Sequence record: PQ561393
Reading direction: 5' to 3' (one strand)
Length of the DNA: 61,135 nucleotides
DNA from: Escherichia phage Ec1-ASingh
Positions 1 through 9,243 of this stretch are shown one piece after another. The first letter of the stretch is position 1, and each line of letters opens with the position of its first letter. The position numbers and the translations under genes were made by a program. The notes beneath the pieces were generated by a model. The model was given only the letters and a program-made list of their open reading frames with translations, did no database searches and had not been told where the DNA came from.

Positions 1-1173
1 ATGGCTGAAGGCTCACGCTATAGTAGCTATTTTATCAAAGAGACGTCTTCTGGTGTGACCCCGGCAACGGGCACTCTGAAGATCTTCCGTGCTACGAAGT
101 CCGGATTGGACATCAACATCGCTACGTTGCAATCGGAAGAGATTCGCGACGACGCGGAGGTTGCTGATTTCCGCCTGGGCACTCGCCACGTAGAAGGTAC
201 TGCGTCTGCAGAGTTCTCCTACCAAACGTTTGACGATTTACTTGCTGCGGCATTGCGCAGTTCGTTTGTCGGCGGTATTGTAAAAGGTGGGATTGACCGT
301 CAATCTTTCACTTTTATTGACCATAACGCGGATATTGCCGATTTCCCGTATACCATTTATCGGGGTTGTGAAATTAACACAATGGCGATCTCTATCGCTG
401 CATCGTCTATGGTCACTATTGAGTTTGGCATCGTCGGTCGTACAATGGAACAAGCGGCCTCTCTTCCGTCTGGGCTGACAGTTGCGGATAGAACAACTAC
501 AGCACCAATGGACGGTTTCTCTGGCGCACTAAATATGGGCGGTGCTATTGTCGATGTCATTACCGAAATGGCGATCAACGTGGAGAATGGTATCGAGCCC
601 CGTTTTGTAGTGGGTTCTAAGTTCTCTATCAAGCCTGGTTCAAAACGTCGCCAGGTAACTGGTACGATGACAGCTTACTACGAAGACAACGCACTCCGCA
701 CGAAGTTCCTGGACGAGCAAGAGAGCGAGCTTGCCATTGATATCATCGACGGTACTACTGGCGCAGGCTACCGCTTTACTATGCCTCGTGTTAAGATTAC
801 CGAAGCACCTCGCCCAATCGATGGTGAAGGTGATATCATGCTGAATATGTCGTATCGTGGCCTTCTCGACCAAACTGAAGGTTATAGTATATCGATCGAG
901 CAGCTCACTCCGCTGGCGTTCACGACGAACTTACCAGCAACTAAATCTGTGGCAATCGGCGATGCGCTGACGTTGACTGTTGCAGTGGGTAGCGGCCAAG
1001 CTCCTTACAGCTATGTATGGAAGAAGGACGGTGTCGTAGTTTCTGGTCAGACTACTGCAACCTTCAATAAGGCATCAGCGGTAGCAGGTGACTCCGGTAC
1101 TTACGTCTGTGAAGTGACGGATACAAGCGGCCGCACTGTGTCAAGTGTTGCATGTGTGGTAAACGTCGCCTAA
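1..1173 (+). CDS. Major tail protein with C-terminal Ig-like (Big_2-type) domain
   Basis: 390 aa ORF directly upstream of chaperone/tape-measure genes; C-terminal ~80 aa (..YSYVWKKDGVVVSGQ..DSGTYVCEVTD..) has an Ig-like fold signature; RBS for this ORF lies at the window's 3' end. Confidence 0.65.
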   Translation: MAEGSRYSSYFIKETSSGVTPATGTLKIFRATKSGLDINIATLQSEEIRDDAEVADFRLGTRHVEGTASAEFSYQTFDDLLAAALRSSFVGGIVKGGIDRQSFTFIDHNADIADFPYTIYRGCEINTMAISIAASSMVTIEFGIVGRTMEQAASLPSGLTVADRTTTAPMDGFSGALNMGGAIVDVITEMAINVENGIEPRFVVGSKFSIKPGSKRRQVTGTMTAYYEDNALRTKFLDEQESELAIDIIDGTTGAGYRFTMPRVKITEAPRPIDGEGDIMLNMSYRGLLDQTEGYSISIEQLTPLAFTTNLPATKSVAIGDALTLTVAVGSGQAPYSYVWKKDGVVVSGQTTATFNKASAVAGDSGTYVCEVTDTSGRTVSSVACVVNVA

Positions 1174-1193
1174 TATAGCCTTACTGGCAACCG

Positions 1194-1217
1194 AAGGGGT
1201 CGCAAGACCCCTTTTTA
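1194..1217 (+). terminator. Rho-independent terminator after major tail gene
   Basis: Hairpin aaggggtc-gcaa-gacccctt followed by TTTTT. Confidence 0.6.
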
Positions 1218-1231
1218 TTGAGGATTACACA

Positions 1232-1738
1232 ATGGCAGGTAATAAAACCGCAGCAGGCAAACAAGTGTCTTATGAACCGCAAGTCGCACCGTGGAACGAA
1301 CCAGCAGAGACAGGTGAACCCGACGTTGTTACTACGACCGCTGGAGTGAACGCAGTTAAGAAATCGTTCCGCGACTTCAATATGCGCAAACGTCTGGAAG
1401 AAAATCCAACCACTCTCTATCCGTTTGTGTATCCTGGGATGGGCGATACAGGTTACTGGCTTAAAATTCGTTCGCAGCATAGCGCAGAGTATCGCGAAGC
1501 TGAACAAAAGGCACAGCGGCAGATAAGCGCCATGATCCTTGCCGCCGGCGGTGAAGTTGACAAAGTTGACCCCGCGTTGATCAAAGACATCAGCCTCCGT
1601 GCATTCACTAAGCTGGTTGCGGAATGGAACTTCCCTGACGAGATGACTGAAGATAACCTCGTTGAGTTCCTTACCGATAACCCTATTGCGTATGACGAAA
1701 TTAATACGCTGGCCGCAACGGACTCCCTTTTTTTCTAA
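1232..1738 (+). CDS. Tail assembly chaperone (G-like)
   Basis: 168 aa ORF between major tail and tape measure genes; ends at slippery T-run. Confidence 0.55.
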   Translation: MAGNKTAAGKQVSYEPQVAPWNEPAETGEPDVVTTTAGVNAVKKSFRDFNMRKRLEENPTTLYPFVYPGMGDTGYWLKIRSQHSAEYREAEQKAQRQISAMILAAGGEVDKVDPALIKDISLRAFTKLVAEWNFPDEMTEDNLVEFLTDNPIAYDEINTLAATDSLFF

Positions 1739-2118
1739 GGGAACGTGAAAAGCTAATCAAGCATTTGCTGCTCGAGTGGAAACTTCAAAGCTGTCCACTC
1801 GGCAGCGAAACTCCTACGCTAACCCACCTGAAGCACGTCCGTAAGGTTACGGGCAAGACTCCATCACAGCTGGCTGAGTATGAAGCCAGCTCCGTACCTG
1901 AGTCACTCAGATACATTTACAACTACTTCCTTGACTTCTATAATGGTGATAAGTTCCGTTATTCTGAACTCTTGGCCTGGCAGCAGTACGCAGGTATTGA
2001 GCTGAATTACAGGGAAGCGGAACTCATACGTCAGATCTGCCTCGAGCGTAAGGCCTACGAATTTAAACGGCAGCAGGCAGAGATCGAATATATGAGGACC
2101 AAGAAGCCGAAGAGGTAA
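1232..2118 (+). CDS. Tail assembly chaperone frameshift fusion (GT-like), -1 shift at T_TTT_TTC 1729-1735
   Basis: Heptamer T TTT TTC immediately before stop of 1232..1738; -1 frame is open from 1705 to 2118 and ends 4 nt before tape measure start. Confidence 0.5.
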
Positions 2119-2121
2119 TCC

Positions 2122-5100
2122 ATGGCTGATGCAGCTGATATCGTCATCCGAGTTAGAACAGACGGGGTCGCCGGTGCGGACGCTGCGTTACGCCGTCTGC
2201 AACAAACTGGTGTCCGCGTTGAGACAGTCAGCGCCAGAGTAGAGAATGGCTTCCGACGTACTGCACAGAGCGCCGAATTCTTCCATACGTCTGTCAGCGC
2301 CGTTAATACTGTAATGACTGCAACCGCTATCCTGGCCTACGTGGGCGGGTTGGCGAAGCTGTCGGATGCGTGGACAGATGTAACAAACAAATTAGCGAAC
2401 GCCAACTCCGCGCATGAAGGCATGGCGGTGATCCAGGAACGTGTGTTCAATATTGCACAGCGCACTCGTACCAGCCTGGAATCGACGGCCACCCTGTATG
2501 CACGTATGGAGCGATCCCTTTCTCAGTACGGGGTGACAGGCAAAGAGGTTGCACAGATCACTGAAACGATTAACAAATCGATGATTGTGTCTGGTGCAAC
2601 CAGTGCGGAAGCAACGGCAGCGATTATCCAATTCTCACAGGGTCTGCAATCGGGTGTCCTGCGCGGTGACGAATTCCGTTCTGTAATGGAACAGGCCCCG
2701 CGTCTCGGCAAGATGATCGCAGACGGTCTGGGCGTGGGCACTGCTGGCCTGCGCGAGATGGCGAACACCGGCAAACTGACCGCTGATGTGGTCATCAATG
2801 CTATCTCCAGGGCTTCAGGTACTATCGACGAAGAGTTCGGTCGTACTATGCCTACCTTTGCACAGCGCTGGGCGATGGCAACAAACAACGTTGAACGATT
2901 TGCAGGGACTTCCGTGCAGGTGCAGTCCGTTGTCAAAGCGATGGGCGATGGTGTAGAGCTGCTGTCTAATAACCTGGGCACGTTGACCACAATCGTTACA
3001 GGCGTCGTTGCCGCGGTTGGCGGTAAGATGCTTGCGGCGCTTGGGTCGCAGGTAGTTGCAATGATTCGGCTTTCCGCAGTGCAGGCAAGTAGCTCCGCTA
3101 TCAATATTAAGATGGTGGATGCAATTACCCGCTCCAGTGTCGCACGCTACAATGAAGCACAGGCTACATTAGCACAGGTTGCAGCAGAACGCACCAGGAT
3201 CCAGGCTGCACTCGCTGCGAACCAGCAATATTATAAGGGCATTGCGACGACGAACGCCCTTATGCAGAATACCCGCCAGGCTCGGGAGGCTACCGTCGCA
3301 GCAGCGGCGGCACAGGCCACGATGTCCACCGCGATGGGTACTGCTGCCACTGCGAGCCGCGTGCTTACCATAGGCCTTACAGGGTTGCGCACGGTTATGG
3401 GTTTCCTGGGCGGCCCGTTGGGTCTGGTGCTTCTCGCTGCGACTGCATGGTATACGTACAGCCAGAACGCCAAACAGGCGACGCAAGATTCTATAGATCT
3501 TGCAAGCTCGCAGGAAGATCTTAAAACAAAACTCGAGTCGCTGAACCTTGTACAGCAACGTGCTCTTGAAGTCCAGCTCCAGCGTGCAGGTGTAACACTG
3601 GCAGAAAACATTGCTGCTGAGAAAAGAGAGCTCGCGGAACTTAATAACCGCTTGAGCACTACCAGCACAGTGATGGCCCAGAACGAGGAAGGGACTCGAG
3701 CCTGGAACAGTGCTTACGAAGCTCACAAACAACTTACGGGCGATATTGCTATTAAGCAAGGTGAACTTTCTACGCTGGAAGAAAAGGCAATCCAGATTAA
3801 GAACAACCTTGCAACGGTTCAGGATAATCTGCGCAATGCTGTAATGGGCTTAACTGGTGCTATCGTTGCGCAGAACCAGGCGCTTGACATTAACATCAGT
3901 TCCGCGGCAGGTCGTTCTAAGGAACTCCAGGCTGCACTGGTAGCACAGAATGCCGAGCTAGATATCTCTAACATGAAGTTAGCAGGTAACAAGCGAGGCG
4001 CGGCACAGTTACAGGACGCACAGAACCGCCTCGGTAAGCAGTACGCAGCAAACGAAGACTTTATTAAGAACTATATTAGCGGTCATCAAGACGCTATGGC
4101 TGTCTTGACCGACGAGCAGCAAGGTATCGTAGAGTTCCTTAATAAATCTGGTCAAGCCTATGACGCACAAGAAAAGCTCCAAGAAAAGCTCAAGGCAGGA
4201 CGTCAAGCTCTGAAGGACGAGAAAGCTCTTGCGGCTTATGGGGAGCAGTGGGACAAGGCTTACGAACGCGTCGAGGCCCGAGGTGCTACAGGTTTAGACC
4301 GTTTGCGCATTCAGCAGGAAGCAGAAGTCCGTATTATGAAGGACAAAGCAGAGAAAGCTAAAGCGACCGAAGAGGAACTCGGTGCAGCCCTTAAAGCAAT
4401 CGATGCTAAATATGCGCGTCAGCGTGCAGACCTTGCGGGGCAGTATAAGCCTGGCGCCCAGATGGTGCGTGAGTGGCAGATTGCACAGCAGGAGATTAAA
4501 CAGCTCCACGAAGCTGGTCTGCTGGATGATGCACAATACAACACCGCGAGACTGAACCTATCCGCGGAGTATTACCAGAAGCGTGCAGCGATGTCTACGC
4601 TCAACCCGTTCCAGCAGTCGGAAGACACTAAACGGTCGGAGATGGACGCTCTGCAAGCGCAGTACAATACTCAGCTCCAGATGGCAGAAGGTAATGAACA
4701 ACAGCTCACTGCCATCAAAGAGAACTACGAGAAACAGCGTTACGACATTCAGATGAAGTATGCGCAGCAACAGGCGCAGGCGCAAGCACAGACTACGCTG
4801 TCCTATATCCAGAGTGTAAGCACGATTGCAGACAGCATGGCGGGCATACTTGAAGCGGCAGGAGCTAAATCCTCAGGGGCTTACAAAGTTATGTTCGCGA
4901 TGTCAAAAGCATTCTCCATTGCACAGGCGACGCTTAGTTTGAGCACAGCTATCGTCCAGGCTATGGCTGACCCGTCCGCCCTTACCCCTGCGCAGAAGTT
5001 TGCTAACTACGCCGCTGTAGCTGCCGCAGGTGGTGCGCTGATACAACAGATTATGAGCGCTAGTTTGACAGGTATGGCACACGACGGTATCACCCAAGTG

Positions 5101-5379
5101 CCGCAAGAAGGAACATGGTTACTTCAGAAAGGTGAACGTGTACTTTCTGCCCAGCAGAACGCAGATTTTACTAACTTTATGAGCGGTGGAAATAATGGTT
5201 CTACTGGTAATCAGGGTGGCGCTACAATCGTTCAACATATCACTGTTACCGGTAATGGTGATAAAACACTCAAAGAGGCCATGCAGCAGGCTGCGAAAGA
5301 TGGTGCTCAACAAGGTTACGACATGGTCTTGCGAGATACTAACTCGCGCGGTAATATTAGCCGGTCGATTGGCCGTTAA
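2122..5379 (+). CDS. Tail tape measure protein
   Basis: 1085 aa, Ala/Gln-rich coiled-coil with hydrophobic central segments, follows chaperone pair. Confidence 0.85.
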   Translation: MADAADIVIRVRTDGVAGADAALRRLQQTGVRVETVSARVENGFRRTAQSAEFFHTSVSAVNTVMTATAILAYVGGLAKLSDAWTDVTNKLANANSAHEGMAVIQERVFNIAQRTRTSLESTATLYARMERSLSQYGVTGKEVAQITETINKSMIVSGATSAEATAAIIQFSQGLQSGVLRGDEFRSVMEQAPRLGKMIADGLGVGTAGLREMANTGKLTADVVINAISRASGTIDEEFGRTMPTFAQRWAMATNNVERFAGTSVQVQSVVKAMGDGVELLSNNLGTLTTIVTGVVAAVGGKMLAALGSQVVAMIRLSAVQASSSAINIKMVDAITRSSVARYNEAQATLAQVAAERTRIQAALAANQQYYKGIATTNALMQNTRQAREATVAAAAAQATMSTAMGTAATASRVLTIGLTGLRTVMGFLGGPLGLVLLAATAWYTYSQNAKQATQDSIDLASSQEDLKTKLESLNLVQQRALEVQLQRAGVTLAENIAAEKRELAELNNRLSTTSTVMAQNEEGTRAWNSAYEAHKQLTGDIAIKQGELSTLEEKAIQIKNNLATVQDNLRNAVMGLTGAIVAQNQALDINISSAAGRSKELQAALVAQNAELDISNMKLAGNKRGAAQLQDAQNRLGKQYAANEDFIKNYISGHQDAMAVLTDEQQGIVEFLNKSGQAYDAQEKLQEKLKAGRQALKDEKALAAYGEQWDKAYERVEARGATGLDRLRIQQEAEVRIMKDKAEKAKATEEELGAALKAIDAKYARQRADLAGQYKPGAQMVREWQIAQQEIKQLHEAGLLDDAQYNTARLNLSAEYYQKRAAMSTLNPFQQSEDTKRSEMDALQAQYNTQLQMAEGNEQQLTAIKENYEKQRYDIQMKYAQQQAQAQAQTTLSYIQSVSTIADSMAGILEAAGAKSSGAYKVMFAMSKAFSIAQATLSLSTAIVQAMADPSALTPAQKFANYAAVAAAGGALIQQIMSASLTGMAHDGITQVPQEGTWLLQKGERVLSAQQNADFTNFMSGGNNGSTGNQGGATIVQHITVTGNGDKTLKEAMQQAAKDGAQQGYDMVLRDTNSRGNISRSIGR

Positions 5380-5405
5380 TGTGGTCACTATAACAGGACG
5401 ATAAC

Positions 5406-5999
5406 ATGGCAATATTAGACTGGCCGGAAAATCTTAGGCCTTCTTCAATGAATTGGACGCTTTCATCTAGCGGTTCTATGTTTGAGAGCGTATTCAATAA
5501 ATCAACACAAACAGTCACCTTTCCTGGTTCTAAATGGAAAGTAACTATGTCTTTCCAAGACTTAGACGATTTCGAGTCGCGCCTTCTCGAATCCATCATC
5601 GTAGATCTTGATGGCATGGGTGGGCGAATTCGCCTGGGTGACTTTGGTCGTTGCGGTGTGCCAGCACAGGGCACACCTATAGTTAGCGGCGCTAACCAGA
5701 CAGGGAAAAGCATCCTTACTGCCGGATGGCTGCCGGACCGTATGATTCTTGCCCGCGGGCAATATTTAACAATTGAAGACGAAATGAAAATGGTGCTTAC
5801 GGATGCCTGGTCTGATGAGCAGGGTTTTGCAACCATCCGTATAGGCCCAATGCTTCGCATTTCTCCTGCTGCCGGCGCACCTATTGAAGTTCAAAGCCCG
5901 CGCGGTATTTTCATGCTAACGGAAAACGAGAACGGTGTTGCTCGTAAACCTGCGTTCTCGAATGATTTTAATCTGTCTTTCATGGAGTACATAGAATGA
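5406..5999 (+). CDS. Minor tail protein
   Basis: 197 aa ORF immediately after tape measure; RBS AGGACGA. Confidence 0.5.
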   Translation: MAILDWPENLRPSSMNWTLSSSGSMFESVFNKSTQTVTFPGSKWKVTMSFQDLDDFESRLLESIIVDLDGMGGRIRLGDFGRCGVPAQGTPIVSGANQTGKSILTAGWLPDRMILARGQYLTIEDEMKMVLTDAWSDEQGFATIRIGPMLRISPAAGAPIEVQSPRGIFMLTENENGVARKPAFSNDFNLSFMEYIE

Positions 6000-6580
6000 T
6001 TACCGCAGATTTATCTGAAGAGGTTGCATATTACTTGGCGCAAGGAAACGTAAACCTTGCTCTTGCAACGGAGATTGAATTTAACTCCGGTATATCACGC
6101 TATCACTCTGCCACCGGTCAAATAGAAATTGGCGGGGAGATTTTTTATGGCACAGGGCAGTTAGGCGATTGCTCTGTAATTAATGAAGAAAATAATACCT
6201 CTGACCAACAAATTAACTTGACGCTTAATGGCTTAAATAACGAACTCGTGGCAATAGCTTTAAACGAGAAAGTTGTCGGTCGTCGGGTGACTTGCTACAT
6301 TGTCGTTTTTGACGATGATTATACGGCAATGGCGTATAACATTATTTACGTAGGCAAGATCGCTCAACCTGCTTTAAGCGCGGGTGGTACTTGTGCGATT
6401 TCCTACAATGTGGGTAACATCTTTCAAGAATGGTCAAAAAGTAAACCATACCGCTTCACTGACGAGTCACATGTTAAAGATCATCCAGGCGACAGGATTT
6501 TCAGATATGTTGGCCAAATGTCTGAACGTTCTATTTATTGGGGAAGTAAAAAAGATGCTCCGGGGTTCACATACTCATGA
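5996..6580 (+). CDS. Minor tail protein
   Basis: 194 aa, 4-bp overlap with upstream tail gene. Confidence 0.5.
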   Translation: MITADLSEEVAYYLAQGNVNLALATEIEFNSGISRYHSATGQIEIGGEIFYGTGQLGDCSVINEENNTSDQQINLTLNGLNNELVAIALNEKVVGRRVTCYIVVFDDDYTAMAYNIIYVGKIAQPALSAGGTCAISYNVGNIFQEWSKSKPYRFTDESHVKDHPGDRIFRYVGQMSERSIYWGSKKDAPGFTYS

Positions 6581-6984
6581 AAAGATATATTGATTGGCAG
6601 GTACGTTTATTGGCTCTTACGGAATCTCTCCAAGAGGTTCCGTTTGAGTGGGGTGAGCATGATTGTTGTTTATTTGCTGCCGATGTAGTCGCAGCAATGA
6701 CTGGCGAAGATTATGCCGAGCCTTTCCGTGGCAAGTATACAACGGAAGAAGGTGCTAAGAAACTTTTAGAAGAGAAGGGCGGGCTGGTAGCATATATCAA
6801 TTCCGTTCTTCCTCAGAAAGATGTTAACTTTGCGCAACGCGGAGATGTAGTCCTGGTGACCACAGATCTTGGCGATACCCTCGGCATTTTCTGGAGCATG
6901 GGACAAGTGTGGTTACACGCGCCGGAAGGTGTTAAATTGTTCCCAAGAATGAAGAGCAAGATCACAAAAGCGTGGGGAGTATAA
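6577..6984 (+). CDS. Tail protein with NlpC/P60-like domain (gpK C-terminal-like)
   Basis: FEWGEHDCCLF (Cys motif), later GDVVLV..LHAP consistent with NlpC/P60 Cys-His pattern; tail gene context. Confidence 0.45.
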   Translation: MKRYIDWQVRLLALTESLQEVPFEWGEHDCCLFAADVVAAMTGEDYAEPFRGKYTTEEGAKKLLEEKGGLVAYINSVLPQKDVNFAQRGDVVLVTTDLGDTLGIFWSMGQVWLHAPEGVKLFPRMKSKITKAWGV

Positions 6985-6987
6985 CAG

Positions 6988-9234
6988 ATGCCACCTGCAA
7001 TAATTGCCGGAGCAATTGCGATAGGCGCCTCTGCCGCTTATGCTGCCGGATATATCGCATTAACAACAGCCCTTATTATTTCAACGGCCGCAACGGTTGC
7101 GGGAGCCCTGCTAACGAAAGTTTCTGTGCCTTCGTTAGGTAACTATACATCGCAGCAGGACAGAAAACAAGTATTGCGATCGTCGGCAGCACCAAAGAAC
7201 TATATTTACGGTAAGACTAAAATGTCTGGCGTAATGTTCTTTGCTGAAGAACAAGCTGGTGATCAAACGGATAAAGAATGGCTTCATATTGCCATCGCTG
7301 TTTGTGCCCATGAAGTGAATGCTATATTGGCTGTTTATTTAGGCGACGACGATATCAGCACCTACGGTGAATATGCACAATATCAAGTCCACAATAACTC
7401 GACCGATGTGTCTGATATGCTTTCGCGAGCACCGTCATGGAAGCCCGATATGATTGGCCAGGGCATCTGCTGGGTACGTCTGTCTCTTAAATTCAATCAG
7501 GAGAAATTCCCTTCTGGTTTACCGAATATTACTTTCCTTGTTGAAGGTAAGAAAGTTTACGACCCGAGATCTGGTCTAACTCAATATTCCAATAACGCCG
7601 CTTTATGCATTCTTGATTACTACCGCGATTATCTGAAAGTACCAGATTCAGAATTATTAATGGAAGAATTTATCGAAGCGGCTAATCTTTGTGATGAAAC
7701 CATCAACGGCAACTCCTATTCGGAACCTCGTTATACAATCAATGGGGTTTTCGATGCGTCGGAAGCTGTTTCGTCAACATTGGATGATCTTCATTTATGT
7801 TGTGCTGGTGAACCGACTTACATTGGCGGTAAACACGGCCTGTTAGTTGGTGCTTATTACGGCCCCGCTACTATGGTGCTGGACGAAAGTCAGATTGTTG
7901 AGGATATAAAGATCGTTCCTGAGACTCCATGGAACGAACGTATTAACATCGTACAAGGCACTTTCATTGATCCCGAGCAAGGTTACACGGAGGTTGATTA
8001 CCCTGCTGTAAAAGTTGATGCTTATATCATTGAAGATGGTGCTGAGTTCACAACGGATCAAAAATACCGCTTTGTTACTTCAGAGTTTCAAGCCCAGCGA
8101 CTTGCCCAGATAGCGATAAACCGCAAGCGCCTGGGGCGCACGATGGATATATCCTTAAACTTTGCGGGCTACCCTTATCGTCCAGGGCGGTATGTTAAAA
8201 TCAATATACCACAGCTAGGCATTGCTATGCAGGAATTCCGCGTCACTAAATGGGCGTTGAATCCTAATGGTACAGGTATCAAAATCACGGTTCGCCAAGA
8301 AAACGCTGACGTCTGGGGCGACGCTGTTGGTAAACCTATTGACAGACCAGACCTGACAAACTTACCAGGCCCGAACGTACCAGCACCCACGAACATTCAA
8401 TTTGTTCCTGTCGCATCGAATGCTGAAGTTAACTATCAAGGTGAGTTATCGTGGGTTAACCCCACTATTGTCGACTTTACACAGATCATTATTCAGGGTA
8501 ACGGTAAGACGATTGTTAGCCAACAGTCAACTGAAACTAAAATTCAGATTAATGGATTAGATCGGGGTGTCACCTATACGGCATATTTGCGTAACTCCGC
8601 TAAGGCTGGAATCCTAAGTAATGTAGCTACATTGCAATTCGTCTTAGCCATTGACTCAAAGTATTATGGTGACATTTACGCAAACAACGGTTATTTTAAA
8701 GGGATTATTTACGCGAACAATATTGTCGGCGATGTTTACAACAAAATGTCGGGTGGAATACCGTATGTGAACGTATCGGACGACTACGGAAACGGGTTCC
8801 CGTGGGCATCTAGTGCAGGTGAGCACGTGATATGGTCCATACCTGGAGAGGAGTTCGATAGAACCATGGACTCCAATCTATACCTAACATTAACCTCATC
8901 GGAGCGGCAATATTTCACTGTGGTAATGCGAGCGCCTGGACTGCCGGATCAACAGGTAGCCTATATCGACACAGGAAACGACGGGTCTAATTCCCCCGCA
9001 GTAGTACAGCTCAACGGGGTGACTGTTCCAGCGACTGACAGGGACACTCCTTGCCAGCTAGTGTGTGTGGTTGGGACAAACAGGTCGTCTGGGGCATCAT
9101 TCTACACACCGTTGGCAGTGCAAACATTGAAAGAGAATTCTTCCGGTGCTAAAGATTTAGTTGGGCGTACAGTTCGTGAAGTTCCGTGGGTGGCCCTGTA
9201 TAAAAAAGGCCGTACTCCTGTAATACCTGTGTAA
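6988..9234 (+). CDS. Tail tip / host-specificity protein (I/J-like) with fibronectin III-like segment
   Basis: 748 aa; hydrophobic N-terminus typical of tail assembly I-like proteins; position after gpK-like gene. Confidence 0.5.
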   Translation: MPPAIIAGAIAIGASAAYAAGYIALTTALIISTAATVAGALLTKVSVPSLGNYTSQQDRKQVLRSSAAPKNYIYGKTKMSGVMFFAEEQAGDQTDKEWLHIAIAVCAHEVNAILAVYLGDDDISTYGEYAQYQVHNNSTDVSDMLSRAPSWKPDMIGQGICWVRLSLKFNQEKFPSGLPNITFLVEGKKVYDPRSGLTQYSNNAALCILDYYRDYLKVPDSELLMEEFIEAANLCDETINGNSYSEPRYTINGVFDASEAVSSTLDDLHLCCAGEPTYIGGKHGLLVGAYYGPATMVLDESQIVEDIKIVPETPWNERINIVQGTFIDPEQGYTEVDYPAVKVDAYIIEDGAEFTTDQKYRFVTSEFQAQRLAQIAINRKRLGRTMDISLNFAGYPYRPGRYVKINIPQLGIAMQEFRVTKWALNPNGTGIKITVRQENADVWGDAVGKPIDRPDLTNLPGPNVPAPTNIQFVPVASNAEVNYQGELSWVNPTIVDFTQIIIQGNGKTIVSQQSTETKIQINGLDRGVTYTAYLRNSAKAGILSNVATLQFVLAIDSKYYGDIYANNGYFKGIIYANNIVGDVYNKMSGGIPYVNVSDDYGNGFPWASSAGEHVIWSIPGEEFDRTMDSNLYLTLTSSERQYFTVVMRAPGLPDQQVAYIDTGNDGSNSPAVVQLNGVTVPATDRDTPCQLVCVVGTNRSSGASFYTPLAVQTLKENSSGAKDLVGRTVREVPWVALYKKGRTPVIPV

Positions 9235-9243
9235 GGATAATAC

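Noticed and set aside
2523-3759. Minus-strand ORFs of 145-196 aa inside the tape measure gene
   Set aside because: Antisense to a well-supported 1085-aa gene; Cys/Arg-rich composition typical of spurious frames.
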